A stretch of 64,000 bases of DNA from a virus: IMG/VR virus record IMGVR_UViG_3300042691_019444, positions 28,971 to 92,970 of that record. One strand, given 5' to 3'. The stretch's first letter is position 1. Every line of letters starts with the position of its first letter. Position numbers and translations under genes: made by a program. A model generated the notes under the pieces. The model was given only the letters and a program-made list of their open reading frames with translations. It was not told the DNA's origin and did not search any database. Below, in pieces: positions 27,200 through 37,046 of the stretch.

Positions 27200-27453
27200 T
27201 GATGTTCAATAAGGCGTTGATATGGATTGCGGCAAGATTTGAGAAGCTATCAGTCACACTGAAGTTGAGAGCCCTGAGCAACGATGGCAATTCTGTCAAT
27301 GACCGAGTTGTGCCATACCCTCCCATCATATCGACAGACGGACTGAGCATGAGATGTCCACTAACCGAGACTGAGGTACGGCGGGAGATGGTTACTAAAC
27401 CGGAGATGCCTAGTGTGTTGAGGGGCAGTCTCCAAGATAGGATAAAGCGATGA
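27199..27453 (+). CDS. hypothetical protein
   Basis: Coupled to portal. Confidence 0.55.
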   Translation: MMFNKALIWIAARFEKLSVTLKLRALSNDGNSVNDRVVPYPPIISTDGLSMRCPLTETEVRREMVTKPEMPSVLRGSLQDRIKR

Positions 27454-29582
27454 ACGAGCCTATCGACTACCAATCCGCATATGGGTTCAGCCCTAACTCT
27501 GCAACGTTCAGGGTCGCTAAGCTGGCGGACACTGAACGGTATAAGGAGATGACGTATTGGGAACGGTATTTCCAATGCAAACAACACGACCATAAGCGGT
27601 ACGATTTTTCGGGGAGGTTGATAAAGAGTATGGTTGGGTACGCCCAACCACTGCTCTCAACCACAACATCGGTCTACGTACCCCTACAGGAACGCAGGCC
27701 GAGCGTTCCGTATCGCATAGTGCGGATTATCGTCAACTCCTTCACAAAGATGACATTCGGTGAAGGTAGGTTTCCGGACTTCAATGTACCTTCCGACAAG
27801 GACGCTGATGCGTTCGTTGATGAGCTGAGTAAAGTTGCGGGGTTGCCCAGCAAAATGATTCAGGCTCGTAACATCGGAGGGGCTGCGGGAACGGTGGGGT
27901 TGTCGTGGTGTTACCTAAATGGCAATCCGCTCGTAGACGTGCACAACGGTAAGAACTTGTACGTACACGAGTGGGCCGATTGGGTGAACAGGGTGCCCAA
28001 TCACGTGACTGAAGTTTACAAGTACCGAAAGGACGTATGGGACCCTGAGAAGAAACAACAAGTGCGAGAGGAGTATTGGTATAGGCGTGATTGGACTCCT
28101 CAGGCTGATGTGGTGTTTCAAGATGTCAAGGTGAAGGGGTCAGAGGAGCCGAATTGGGTTGTGGACGAAGAGCGGACTAAGCTCCACGATGACGGCTTCT
28201 GCCACTTTATTTGGATTCGCAATTTACCCGGTACGGACGATTCCCAAGATGGGTTGCCGGACTGTGAAGGAGTGTGGGAACAATCAGACTCCCTCGATAT
28301 GGCGTGGAGTGTGTTATGCAGGGGTACGATTCTGAATCTCGACCCCACACTCAAGCTCAAAATGGACCCCGAAGCGATTGATTACGCGTTCGTGCGTAAG
28401 GGGTCTGACCAGGCGATTGTTACGGGTAAAGACGGAGACGCCTCGTACTTGGAGTTGGCGGGTACGAGTGTGAATGCCGGACTGTCGCTTGTGAAGGAGT
28501 TACGTACACAAATTCTCGAAACGACTGAGTGTGTGATTCCGGACCCCGATAAGATTGCGGCAGCCGGTACGAGTGCAGTTGCCCTCAAAATGATCTATGC
28601 CCTTATGTTGGGGAAAACTGACATCTTGAGGGAGCAATATGGGAAAGCACTGCACGAGTTGGTTCGACAGATGCTTATGGTTGCTCAGAAATACTACAGT
28701 CCTCATGAAGAGCAGATTGTTGATGAGACTACTGGTGAGGTGAAGACCGAACTAGTGCAGGGCATTGTCAATCTACCGCTCAAGGTTGTTGAGACGGAAT
28801 CCGAAGACCCTGATAGCAACGAAATAACCATCACACTTGAACCTCACAATCCTGGGAGCAATTCCCAAATTGAACTTGTGTGGGGACCGTATTTCAAACC
28901 AACTGCCGATGACCATCAGAAGATTGCGACTACGTTGGTTCAGGCCACGGGCGGTAAAGCATTCTGTGGTACGAAGACCGCAATTGATGTCTTTGCTGCG
29001 GTATTGTCTCGCGACCCAAGTAAGATGCTTGAGGATCTGAAACATGACGAACACGCTACCCGTCAAGCCGCAATGGAGATTGCGACCGATATGGATGCGG
29101 CAATGAATGCAGGGGGTGAAACTGAACCGCCAGAACTTGAAGATCCGGTATCTCAGGAGGCGGCAGCACAGCAACCACAACCCCCAGCAATGCCGGGGGC
29201 TCCTGCTGCTCCTCAGCAGCCTCTACAACAGATGCCCCGTATCAACATTACTGCTACCGACGTGGCTTCAATCGTGCTCGTAAACGAGGCGCGTGCGAGC
29301 CAAGGATTGGGACCTATGGTGAAGCCGGATGGTTCGATGGATCCGGATGGTTTCATGACCGTAGCGCTGTTCAAGGCTAAGACTGCAAACATCCTTGCGG
29401 CAGTCGCTAACGCGGAGAAGGGTCAGGTTGGAATCAAGTCTGCAAACGAACCACCCCCAGCACCGTTCGGTGGTAATGGCCCTCCGCAAAAGGGACCCCC
29501 TCAAAAGGGACCCCCTCAAAAGGGACCCCCTAATGCTCCTCCGGATGAGAAGCAATTTCCCCCCGATGCGGAATCGAAGTAA
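27450..29582 (+). CDS. portal protein with Pro/Gln-rich C-terminal extension
   Basis: 710 aa, SPP1-like portal pattern (IVNSFTKMTFG, DASYLEL, SAVALKM), first gene of the head module. Confidence 0.8.
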   Translation: MNEPIDYQSAYGFSPNSATFRVAKLADTERYKEMTYWERYFQCKQHDHKRYDFSGRLIKSMVGYAQPLLSTTTSVYVPLQERRPSVPYRIVRIIVNSFTKMTFGEGRFPDFNVPSDKDADAFVDELSKVAGLPSKMIQARNIGGAAGTVGLSWCYLNGNPLVDVHNGKNLYVHEWADWVNRVPNHVTEVYKYRKDVWDPEKKQQVREEYWYRRDWTPQADVVFQDVKVKGSEEPNWVVDEERTKLHDDGFCHFIWIRNLPGTDDSQDGLPDCEGVWEQSDSLDMAWSVLCRGTILNLDPTLKLKMDPEAIDYAFVRKGSDQAIVTGKDGDASYLELAGTSVNAGLSLVKELRTQILETTECVIPDPDKIAAAGTSAVALKMIYALMLGKTDILREQYGKALHELVRQMLMVAQKYYSPHEEQIVDETTGEVKTELVQGIVNLPLKVVETESEDPDSNEITITLEPHNPGSNSQIELVWGPYFKPTADDHQKIATTLVQATGGKAFCGTKTAIDVFAAVLSRDPSKMLEDLKHDEHATRQAAMEIATDMDAAMNAGGETEPPELEDPVSQEAAAQQPQPPAMPGAPAAPQQPLQQMPRINITATDVASIVLVNEARASQGLGPMVKPDGSMDPDGFMTVALFKAKTANILAAVANAEKGQVGIKSANEPPPAPFGGNGPPQKGPPQKGPPQKGPPNAPPDEKQFPPDAESK
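29481..29531 (+). repeat. 15-bp tandem repeat (PPQKG x3) in portal tail
   Basis: cctc(c/a)..aaaagggaccc units. Confidence 0.85.
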
Positions 29583-29591
29583 CCTGTCGGC

Positions 29592-30743
29592 ATGGCCGAT
29601 CCATCTCCCAAACGTAAACGCCCCCAAGTAGAATCCGAAACAGTGCGAGCGCAACGCCCGGTCGTGTACTCGCGCGCGGCCGCAACACGTGTTGCGGAAG
29701 CCGAGTTATTGAATCGGAGACAAGCCACCGATTACGCGAGCAAAGTCGGAATCGATAAGGTCAAAAAGACTTTGAACGATGCGCGTGAAGACCTAAAGGA
29801 TCGAACGCGTAAGCTGCATCCGGCCTTAGGTGACGACACCTTCACAGCCATGCATCTGAAAGCAACTATGATTCAGATTGATATTGTGGTTGGGAACATG
29901 AAGCCGGATATTGCGTCAGCCGTGAGTGAGTCAAAGCAGATTGCGGCAGATAGGGCGCAAGAGAACAGTCTGAAGACGCTAAGTGCCATTGACTCACGGT
30001 TTGAAGGGTTGGTTAGGGGCATGCCGTTGGAGGTTGCGATGCAGTTCGACCCGGATGCCGTGGGTAAGAATGCATCGATACTTAGACGTCTAATGGAATC
30101 ACCAGAATCCGACTCAGTAGGGAATGCCATTATGGAGCGGTATGGGACCGCCGTAGTGGGTGCATTTGAGGATAAGTTGAGAGTCGGTATGGTGACCGGT
30201 AAGTCGTTTGCGGAAATGCGCGAGGACTTGATAGCGGAGTCTACTTGGCTACAGTCACAACCCATGTATTGGGCTCAACGGATAGTGCGCACTGAAGTGA
30301 TGGGTGCCTATTCGAGAGCTGCATTGGAGAATGCTAAAGATGCCAATAAGATTCTAGGCGATATGGTCAAGATTCTGGTGGCGGGGTTTGATGACCGTAC
30401 CGCATGGGACTCATATCAGGTGCATGGACAAATTAGGAAGTTGAGCGAGCCGTTTGAGTGGATAACCCGAGACGGCCAACGCATAGCCTATATGACTCCC
30501 CCTAACCGCCCCAATGACCGCGAAACCGTAATCTATCACAGGGTTGTGATGCCAATTCCTGATGACCTGAAACCGGTATCTGATGCGGAATATGAGGCGG
30601 TGTTTGTGAAGCAATGTAAGAGCAAGAAGAACAAGTCTCCATCACCCCCCGCACGCCCGCGTATGACAACCGTCCCCCTAACATGGTTTGGGACTGGTAT
30701 TCCGGACGACATGCAATCCGATTTCGAAGCGGCTAGTGAGTGA
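29592..30743 (+). CDS. head morphogenesis / minor capsid protein (MuF-like)
   Basis: WAQRIVRTEVMGAY, DDRT, HGQIR, PPNRPNDR; follows portal. Confidence 0.8.
   Translation: MADPSPKRKRPQVESETVRAQRPVVYSRAAATRVAEAELLNRRQATDYASKVGIDKVKKTLNDAREDLKDRTRKLHPALGDDTFTAMHLKATMIQIDIVVGNMKPDIASAVSESKQIAADRAQENSLKTLSAIDSRFEGLVRGMPLEVAMQFDPDAVGKNASILRRLMESPESDSVGNAIMERYGTAVVGAFEDKLRVGMVTGKSFAEMREDLIAESTWLQSQPMYWAQRIVRTEVMGAYSRAALENAKDANKILGDMVKILVAGFDDRTAWDSYQVHGQIRKLSEPFEWITRDGQRIAYMTPPNRPNDRETVIYHRVVMPIPDDLKPVSDAEYEAVFVKQCKSKKNKSPSPPARPRMTTVPLTWFGTGIPDDMQSDFEAASE
29680..29697. repeat. 18-bp palindrome copy 13 (exact, in MuF-like CDS as AATRVA)
   Basis: Exact match. Confidence 0.97.
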
Positions 30744-30771
30744 TGTAGAATCACATTGAAAGGACTGCAAC

Positions 30772-30963
30772 ATGCCTATGAAGAACATGACCAATGGGAC
30801 GCCAAATCTGACCAGTCAGAGCAAGAAGAAGGCATACGAATCAGAAGGTGTGACATCTGAGATGGTAACCAAATTGCCATTCATGGATGAGGTTGGGGAC
30901 GACCATGAACCCGCCATCGAATGGCCTGAAGTGGATACGCCAACCGTTTTCAAGGTGAAGTGA
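30772..30963 (+). CDS. small acidic hypothetical protein
   Basis: AAGGA RBS; coupled. Confidence 0.55.
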   Translation: MPMKNMTNGTPNLTSQSKKKAYESEGVTSEMVTKLPFMDEVGDDHEPAIEWPEVDTPTVFKVK

Positions 30964-31577
30964 TGGCTGAACAATCTCGTGATGATAAGGGGCGATTTGC
31001 CGGGGGATCTGGAGGGTCTTCTGGTTCATTTGGTAAACAGATGAAAGCATTTGGGGAAAGGGGTGGTGCGAATGCTGAACGCGGATTGGCAAATATAGGG
31101 CAATCCGCGAAAATGAAAGGGCACGACAAAGCATTCAAAGATGCGAGTGCCCGCGCAAACACTGAGAATACATCTCAATCGCACCGCGAAGCGGCATCGC
31201 GAGCGAAAGCTGCGGGTGAAGTTGCAACGCGTGAACGACAACCCGCCAGTGAATACAAACGCGCTCACGAAGAGCATAGTGAAAAGGCCGCCGATTTAGA
31301 ACGTAAGGAGATTCAATCATTAGGCGATAAGTCGACACACACGGCTCGTGCCGAAGAGGCCAGTAAATCTGCTGATAAGGTAGGAGCTTCGGCGAAAACG
31401 CGTGACGATCATAATCGGGCATTTGATGCACATTCGCACGCATCAACCATGCACGGTAAAGCGCGAAACGAAGCAATGCGAGCAGGCAAAAAAGACTTAG
31501 CAGAACGGCACGGGTCTGAAATGAAGAGGCACTATAACGCGGCTGAGAAACATAGCGATATTGCGGATTCACTATAA
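30960..31577 (+). CDS. His/Ala-rich putative internal head protein
   Basis: N-terminal RDDKGRF motif, Gly/Ser linker, repeated H..AA..H helices. Confidence 0.6.
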   Translation: MMAEQSRDDKGRFAGGSGGSSGSFGKQMKAFGERGGANAERGLANIGQSAKMKGHDKAFKDASARANTENTSQSHREAASRAKAAGEVATRERQPASEYKRAHEEHSEKAADLERKEIQSLGDKSTHTARAEEASKSADKVGASAKTRDDHNRAFDAHSHASTMHGKARNEAMRAGKKDLAERHGSEMKRHYNAAEKHSDIADSL

Positions 31578-31595
31578 CCGCAACACGTGTTGCGG
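31578..31595. repeat. 18-bp palindrome copy 14 (exact)
   Basis: Immediately after TAA; runs into AGAGG RBS. Confidence 0.97.
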
Positions 31596-31606
31596 AGAGG
31601 CCAACA

Positions 31607-31903
31607 ATGTCTGAATCGTTGAAAGCGTTAGCTCGCAAAATTCAGAAGGCTAGGGAGGAAGCCCTCAATAACTTGTCGAGAGCCGCTAAACAACAATCGG
31701 AAGAACAGCAGTCCATCTTGGACTCAATGTCCAATGTCAAGCGGCGATTGACTGGCAGCGGTGATGCTGCCAATATCTCCAAGCGTGTGTTGACTCAGCT
31801 CTCCAGGTCTGAGCGCGCATATAAGGGTTGGGAAACCCGCCGAAACAACAAGGAGCAAGACAATGGCAATGGGACAACAGACGGGGACAGCGAATCACTC
31901 TGA
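31607..31903 (+). CDS. hypothetical protein
   Basis: RBS; RSERAYKGWETRR motif. Confidence 0.65.
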   Translation: MSESLKALARKIQKAREEALNNLSRAAKQQSEEQQSILDSMSNVKRRLTGSGDAANISKRVLTQLSRSERAYKGWETRRNNKEQDNGNGTTDGDSESL

Positions 31904-32084
31904 TGCGGATACGCAATGTGTCCAGAAAGACGGAGACACCACGAAGGAACCCGATGTGAACAGCAAGTTCACCGCCGAAGGTGGGGTATCCATCTTTGAT
32001 GACCTGGAAGCCGGTAAGGAGTCGGGGTTTGACGAAGGTGTCGGGTCGATTGGTGTTGGGAAGAAACCATTCAACGTCCGATAA
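31863..32084 (+). CDS. small acidic hypothetical protein
   Basis: AAGGAG RBS. Confidence 0.6.
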   Translation: MAMGQQTGTANHSDADTQCVQKDGDTTKEPDVNSKFTAEGGVSIFDDLEAGKESGFDEGVGSIGVGKKPFNVR

Positions 32085-32093
32085 GGAGCAATC

Positions 32094-32504
32094 ATGGGCC
32101 AGACTCGTCTCGACGGAAGTCTACAAGCGGGACCCCCTAACGCATCTGAAGGGACGTTTCCGGCTTCCCAAACAACCATCCCATTGGTACTGACTCCTAA
32201 TCCCAAACCGTGGCAAGTCGCTGAACCTACGTTGACGCGTAGGGTCAATTCACCATCCCCATCCTGGAAGACCCTATCGGGTATTGGGGCGAATGACACC
32301 GTAACTGAGGCTCATTTCATTTATCTGCGTACTGATTCGCAGTTGTCGGTGCGAATTACGCAAGAAGTGAATGGGGACCCCGTAACCGCAACCCTGAATG
32401 TTCGTGGGTTGCTAATTCTCGAAGTGTCTGACTCCGAACCAATCACATTGGTTGAAGTACAGGGCACCGCAACACTCGATTTCTACGCACAAGGACAGAG
32501 GTGA
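32094..32504 (+). CDS. putative virion structural protein
   Basis: Beta-rich; AAGGAG RBS; head module. Confidence 0.6.
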   Translation: MGQTRLDGSLQAGPPNASEGTFPASQTTIPLVLTPNPKPWQVAEPTLTRRVNSPSPSWKTLSGIGANDTVTEAHFIYLRTDSQLSVRITQEVNGDPVTATLNVRGLLILEVSDSEPITLVEVQGTATLDFYAQGQR

Positions 32505-32507
32505 TAC

Positions 32508-33137
32508 ATGAGCACTGTGAAAGAGTCTTTTGATCAAGCCAACCCGAACACCATCGCCGATCTGCTGAGGGCAATTGGGTTCGGAAACGTGTTGGCGGGA
32601 CTGCGACGTCAGGTCATTCGAGCGTCGTTGTCTTCACACAAGTTGGTTCTGCCCAACATCATGAAGTGTCAGCGCCTTGTTGGCGTGTACGCACGTGTGG
32701 GAACGGGCACTCCCGGTGCACAATCAATTCAGACTGTCGGGGCAACTCCATCGGCCGGACAGGTTGCTCAGACCCATACGGGTGACGTGTTGTTCGCATC
32801 GGCCGATGCGTGGACAGAAGTTGATGTGGAGTACGAGCCCGTATTGGGTGAAGTGGTCTCGCTCTCATCCAAGCCCGTTGTGTCCAATACGTTCTCCGCT
32901 CCAGGTGCACTGACCCTCATCTCTGCCGTTGGGTACACGAGTGCAGGCGCCACGGTAGCCCTCACGGTTGTGGCTCCCGGTACGTCGGTGACGACCGGAC
33001 AAGTCGCACTCGCTGCGAGCAAGAATGCAGTCAACTTCGCATCCGCAGACTCCATCGTTCGCGCAGACGCTGTCTATATCAAGGGCTACGCGAGCGAACC
33101 CGGTGCCGTATTGGCATCCACGAGCAACATTCTGTAA
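32508..33137 (+). CDS. putative capsid decoration / structural protein
   Basis: Ala/Val/Thr-rich with an internal duplication (GQVA...F.SAD). Confidence 0.6.
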   Translation: MSTVKESFDQANPNTIADLLRAIGFGNVLAGLRRQVIRASLSSHKLVLPNIMKCQRLVGVYARVGTGTPGAQSIQTVGATPSAGQVAQTHTGDVLFASADAWTEVDVEYEPVLGEVVSLSSKPVVSNTFSAPGALTLISAVGYTSAGATVALTVVAPGTSVTTGQVALAASKNAVNFASADSIVRADAVYIKGYASEPGAVLASTSNIL

Positions 33138-33171
33138 TCCGCTGTAGGTCAGTTCAATCAGGAGGCCCCTC

Positions 33172-34032
33172 ATGCCCACTAAATCGACAGATACCAACGA
33201 GTTCATTTCATCTCTGGTCAACCCGGTTGTTACCGAAGGTTCGGGCGGTAGTGCGGACGGTTCGGAGACTAAGTCGGATACCAAACAAGGCGAGACTAAG
33301 TCGGATACCAAAGAGACCAAGTCCGGCTCAGACGAAACCAAACCAGAAACCAAACGGAAGGCCGATGACGGCGAGGATGTAGATGTGGATGAGAATGAGC
33401 GCGTCACAATGACGTTCGCTCAGTTTCAGAAGCGTCTCAAGCAAGCCCAGCGAGCAGTTCTGCGCGGTACGTTTGAATCCGATGATGTTCAGAAGATCCG
33501 GAAAGACTGGGAGAAGTCACAAGCGGCGCTGAAGGAACTCAATGAGATCAAGAAGTCGAGAATGGATGAGGTTGAAAGGGCGAAGAAGGAAGCCGAGGAA
33601 GCCAAACTCCAACTCGCTGAGCTTGAGAATTCGGTGAAGGAACGTGAGCTGAATGACCTAGCTAACCGGGGCGAACAGGAAGTCCTGAACGTGGCAAAGA
33701 AGTTCATTCATTCCGACTACATCGAGGATGCTGTGCTGCTATTCCAGGGACACCTTGGGAAGTTGAGTGAAGCTGAGTTGGAGCAACTAACGCCTGAGAG
33801 TGTCAATTCGTGGTTCAAGGATTACGTCAAACGGCGTCCTGCATTGGCCGTCTCAAGTGGCGAGAAGTCGGATAAACCGCAGCCTCGTCCAATCAATAGT
33901 GGGGCTGCCCCAAACAAGCCAAATTCGGATGACAAGTCCGCACTTGCGAAGACCCCACGTCCTGGGCAACCCAATTCAATGACTCGTGCGGAATGGGATG
34001 ATTTCAAGCGTCGCAATGGCTTGGATTACTAA
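33172..34032 (+). CDS. capsid scaffolding protein
   Basis: Charged low-complexity N-terminus, coiled coil, C-terminal MTRAEWDDFKRR; directly upstream of capsid. Confidence 0.75.
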   Translation: MPTKSTDTNEFISSLVNPVVTEGSGGSADGSETKSDTKQGETKSDTKETKSGSDETKPETKRKADDGEDVDVDENERVTMTFAQFQKRLKQAQRAVLRGTFESDDVQKIRKDWEKSQAALKELNEIKKSRMDEVERAKKEAEEAKLQLAELENSVKERELNDLANRGEQEVLNVAKKFIHSDYIEDAVLLFQGHLGKLSEAELEQLTPESVNSWFKDYVKRRPALAVSSGEKSDKPQPRPINSGAAPNKPNSDDKSALAKTPRPGQPNSMTRAEWDDFKRRNGLDY

Positions 34033-34043
34033 TCCCTCCTTCA

Positions 34044-34061
34044 CCGCAATACGTGTTGCGG
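34044..34061. repeat. 18-bp palindrome copy 15 (1 mismatch)
   Basis: CCGCAATACGTGTTGCGG. Confidence 0.92.
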
Positions 34062-34206
34062 TGCACTCCCCAACAATCAACGATTGACAAGTTCCTATGA
34101 CGGAATATCGTCGTAGTGTTGATATGCTCCACCACGCGACGACGGCGGCAACGGTCGGTTCGGGAGCACGCATAGCGTCACTCACACCGATTCAAGGAGA
34201 GTCCAA

Positions 34207-35601
34207 ATGTCAGGCATTATCGTAGGAATTCCCCCGGCCGTTCTCGACCTCGTTCAGCAAGGCGTACTTGAGCGCACGTTCCATGACGGGTTGTACCCGA
34301 AACTCCAATTCCGGTCTGAGGCCATGGCAGAGGAGTGGCCCGCGAACACCGGTACGGAAATGTTCATGACCCGTCCCGGTCTCCTGACTCCGGTCACGGA
34401 ACCGATGGTTGCGGGTGTGGACCCTACGCCGCAAACGGTGAATCATGAGCAGTGGGTTGCGCGTCTTGCGCGTTACTCGTCTGCAATCGATACACACGCT
34501 CCCACGTCGGTTGTGTCGAATGCCAATCAGTTCCTTCGCAACATCAACCAGCTCGGTCTTCAGGCCGGTATGTCGGTCAACCGCATTGCCCGCAATGAGT
34601 TGTTCAAGGCGTACCTGTCCGGCCATACCCTCACGACCGCAGCAGTGAGTTCTGGCGACCTGACGGTTCCGGTTGCATCGCTGAACGGCTTCACTGACGT
34701 CATCATTCTCGGCACCAATACGCGCCCCGAGACCGTGAGTCCGACTCGCCCATTGCCCATCAAGATTGGCATCGGGTCCGCTCGCATTTCTCGTAACGTG
34801 GTTGGGTTCACTCCGACCGATCCGACTGACCCCTACGGACCGGGAAGCATCGTGTTGGACGTGGCAATTCCGGTTTCCGGTTTCGCGGCACGTACGGCGG
34901 TTGTTTCGGACTACGCTCCTCGTATCATTCGTGCTGGTGGCGGTGCATCCATCGACGCCATTACGAGTTCCGATACGTTCGTGTTCCAACTCATCATCAA
35001 TGCGATGAACTACCTTCGATCGAAGAACGTTCCGCCGCATTCGGATGGTCTGTATCACGCGCACATTGGACCGCTGTCCAACTCGCAAATCTACAACGAC
35101 CAAGCGTGGCAGCGTCTCCACACGGCGTGCCCCGATCATATCCGATACAAGGAAGGGTTCCTCGGAATCATCGGCCGCACAATGTTCTACGAGAACACCG
35201 AAGTTCCTGATTCGTTGAACGCGGGCGCGCGTACGGCCACTGGAACCAATGCGTTCTACTCGCGAGGTATTGGGTCTGAGACCACGAACGAATCCGGTGT
35301 GGATATCGGCCGCATCATCGTCACTGGGCGTGGTTCGATCTACGAGCGTTACCTCGATGAAATGAAGTACATCACCGAAGCCGGCGTCACCGGTAAGGTT
35401 GGAGAGTTCAGCGTTGCCAACAATGGCATTCAAGTCGCGTTGGAGCGCATCCGGTTGGTTCTGCGTTCTCCAATCGATCGTCTGATGGACATTGTGTCGG
35501 CGGCGTGGTCGTGTTCGACATCGTTCCCCGTCCCCAGCGACATCAGTGCTGGTGGGCCCGAGCGCTTCAAGCGTGCCGTTGTGATTGAGCACGCTCTCTA
35601 A
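34207..35601 (+). CDS. major capsid protein
   Basis: 464 aa after scaffold; AAGGAG RBS; HK97-like pattern (P.N.G, NVPP..DG.Y...I.P, G.LG.I.R..F.E); strongly biased codons. Confidence 0.8.
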   Translation: MSGIIVGIPPAVLDLVQQGVLERTFHDGLYPKLQFRSEAMAEEWPANTGTEMFMTRPGLLTPVTEPMVAGVDPTPQTVNHEQWVARLARYSSAIDTHAPTSVVSNANQFLRNINQLGLQAGMSVNRIARNELFKAYLSGHTLTTAAVSSGDLTVPVASLNGFTDVIILGTNTRPETVSPTRPLPIKIGIGSARISRNVVGFTPTDPTDPYGPGSIVLDVAIPVSGFAARTAVVSDYAPRIIRAGGGASIDAITSSDTFVFQLIINAMNYLRSKNVPPHSDGLYHAHIGPLSNSQIYNDQAWQRLHTACPDHIRYKEGFLGIIGRTMFYENTEVPDSLNAGARTATGTNAFYSRGIGSETTNESGVDIGRIIVTGRGSIYERYLDEMKYITEAGVTGKVGEFSVANNGIQVALERIRLVLRSPIDRLMDIVSAAWSCSTSFPVPSDISAGGPERFKRAVVIEHAL

Positions 35602-35661
35602 TCCTACCTACGCATCACCCCACTACATCTCAGTACCTCCTACGGCATTATGATGCCGTTA

Positions 35662-35679
35662 CCGCAACACGTGTTGCGG
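35662..35679. repeat. 18-bp palindrome copy 16 (exact)
   Basis: After the ACGGCAT/ATGCCGT hairpin (35642-35659). Confidence 0.97.
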
Positions 35680-35735
35680 TCCGTGGGATTACGTCGTAAT
35701 CTCGCATCTGTAACCCATTGTCTGGAGGCTAACAA

Positions 35736-36095
35736 ATGGCACGTCAACCGCTACCCGCTCAAGAAACTGCTCCCCAAATGCAAGGTGAGAACCCGAGTTA
35801 CGGGGGTGCGATGCTCACGCTGGACAATGTTCCTGCCGGGCAGAGCCCGAATGTATTGCTCGATGACACCGGAGTTATTCGGGGTTCAGTGGTCAAACCG
35901 AACCAAACACCAGCCAACGCTCCTGTTGTACGGAAGTTCGTTGTGCTGAAGACCGGTTCGATTCAACAACAAGGGCTGAGAGTCAGTCTGCCGGAAGGCA
36001 AAATCATTGACAGCAACAACTATGACATCAAGGACCTTGTCCGGACTGGCATCAAGCTGCGGGAACTCAAAGAAGGCGACGAAGAGAGGTACTGA
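35736..36095 (+). CDS. hypothetical protein (head module)
   Basis: GGAGG RBS. Confidence 0.65.
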   Translation: MARQPLPAQETAPQMQGENPSYGGAMLTLDNVPAGQSPNVLLDDTGVIRGSVVKPNQTPANAPVVRKFVVLKTGSIQQQGLRVSLPEGKIIDSNNYDIKDLVRTGIKLRELKEGDEERY

Positions 36096-36484
36096 TGTTT
36101 ACGCCCAACGAGAAAGCGCGCATCCGTCACCACATGGGATATCTCAATGTGTCTGAGGTCTCTACTTTCGCGTTGGGCATCCCTGCGGCAGTTGAGACTC
36201 AGTATTTGATCGAAGGTGCCATGAACAAGGTTCTGCCGGATGCGGAACCGATTGTGCGGGGCATTATTGCTAAGCTCGATTTGATTGATGCTCAAATGGT
36301 CGATGATACGGAGTTGTTGTCCGTACGGAAGGTCGATGAGATTGAGCTGAATCCTGAGGAAATGCAATTGCTGCGCAAGGAATACCGATTCCGTCAACGG
36401 GAGTTGGGAAATCTACTGGGTATCGAACCCAACCCATACGACCAGCGTTTCCGATCTTCAGTCAACGTCGCAGTTCGCAATTGA
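36095..36484 (+). CDS. putative head-tail adaptor
   Basis: Helical 129 aa; position after capsid. Confidence 0.55.
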   Translation: MFTPNEKARIRHHMGYLNVSEVSTFALGIPAAVETQYLIEGAMNKVLPDAEPIVRGIIAKLDLIDAQMVDDTELLSVRKVDEIELNPEEMQLLRKEYRFRQRELGNLLGIEPNPYDQRFRSSVNVAVRN

Positions 36485-36509
36485 CGCATAGTCGCGATAG
36501 ACTTGCGGT

Positions 36510-37046
36510 ATGCGCAAGCCTACCCCTCTGACTCCACAACAAGCCAAGAACACATTTATCAATCGGTTTGGTAACCGCGTAGATAGGTTGCGTCAGATAT
36601 GCACGCGATTTGGGTTACGGCCCTATCGGGTGTATTTGGTGTGGGCGCACTGGAGCGGTGCTGAACCGGGTGTGGGTACGTATCGGGAAGTGAAACGTAC
36701 CGAAATCCTCCCTACGCCAAAGGTCACTGAGAGCGTCAGTTACAACTCGAAAAGCGTTGGTAAGGTGCCTGACGGGTCCTATGTTGTGCGGAAGATTTCT
36801 CCGAAGCTAACTGAGGATCAACTCAATGGCACCTATTACCCCGAACAGGGGAAAGAGACGCCTCCTAACATTGAGTTCTATTACGAGATTGTTGAGGATG
36901 GGCGCGGAGACTATCCACCAATCCGGCGTAAGTGCTATCTGAAAGGCCCTCCATTCAGGATGGCGGGTAAGTTGGATTGGAGTCTTACGCTGATGAGGAT
37001 TGAGGAAGACAACGAACGAGACGGTCAGAAGGAGTACCCTGAATGA
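36510..37046 (+). CDS. putative head closure protein
   Basis: Size and synteny. Confidence 0.5.
   Translation: MRKPTPLTPQQAKNTFINRFGNRVDRLRQICTRFGLRPYRVYLVWAHWSGAEPGVGTYREVKRTEILPTPKVTESVSYNSKSVGKVPDGSYVVRKISPKLTEDQLNGTYYPEQGKETPPNIEFYYEIVEDGRGDYPPIRRKCYLKGPPFRMAGKLDWSLTLMRIEEDNERDGQKEYPE

Noticed and set aside
34062-34206. TTGACA and possible structure in the capsid leader
   Set aside because: No -10 at the correct spacing and only short stems; not enough support.
34210-35592. 460-aa antisense ORF over the major capsid gene
   Set aside because: In-register shadow of a codon-biased gene; no RBS or recognisable motifs.
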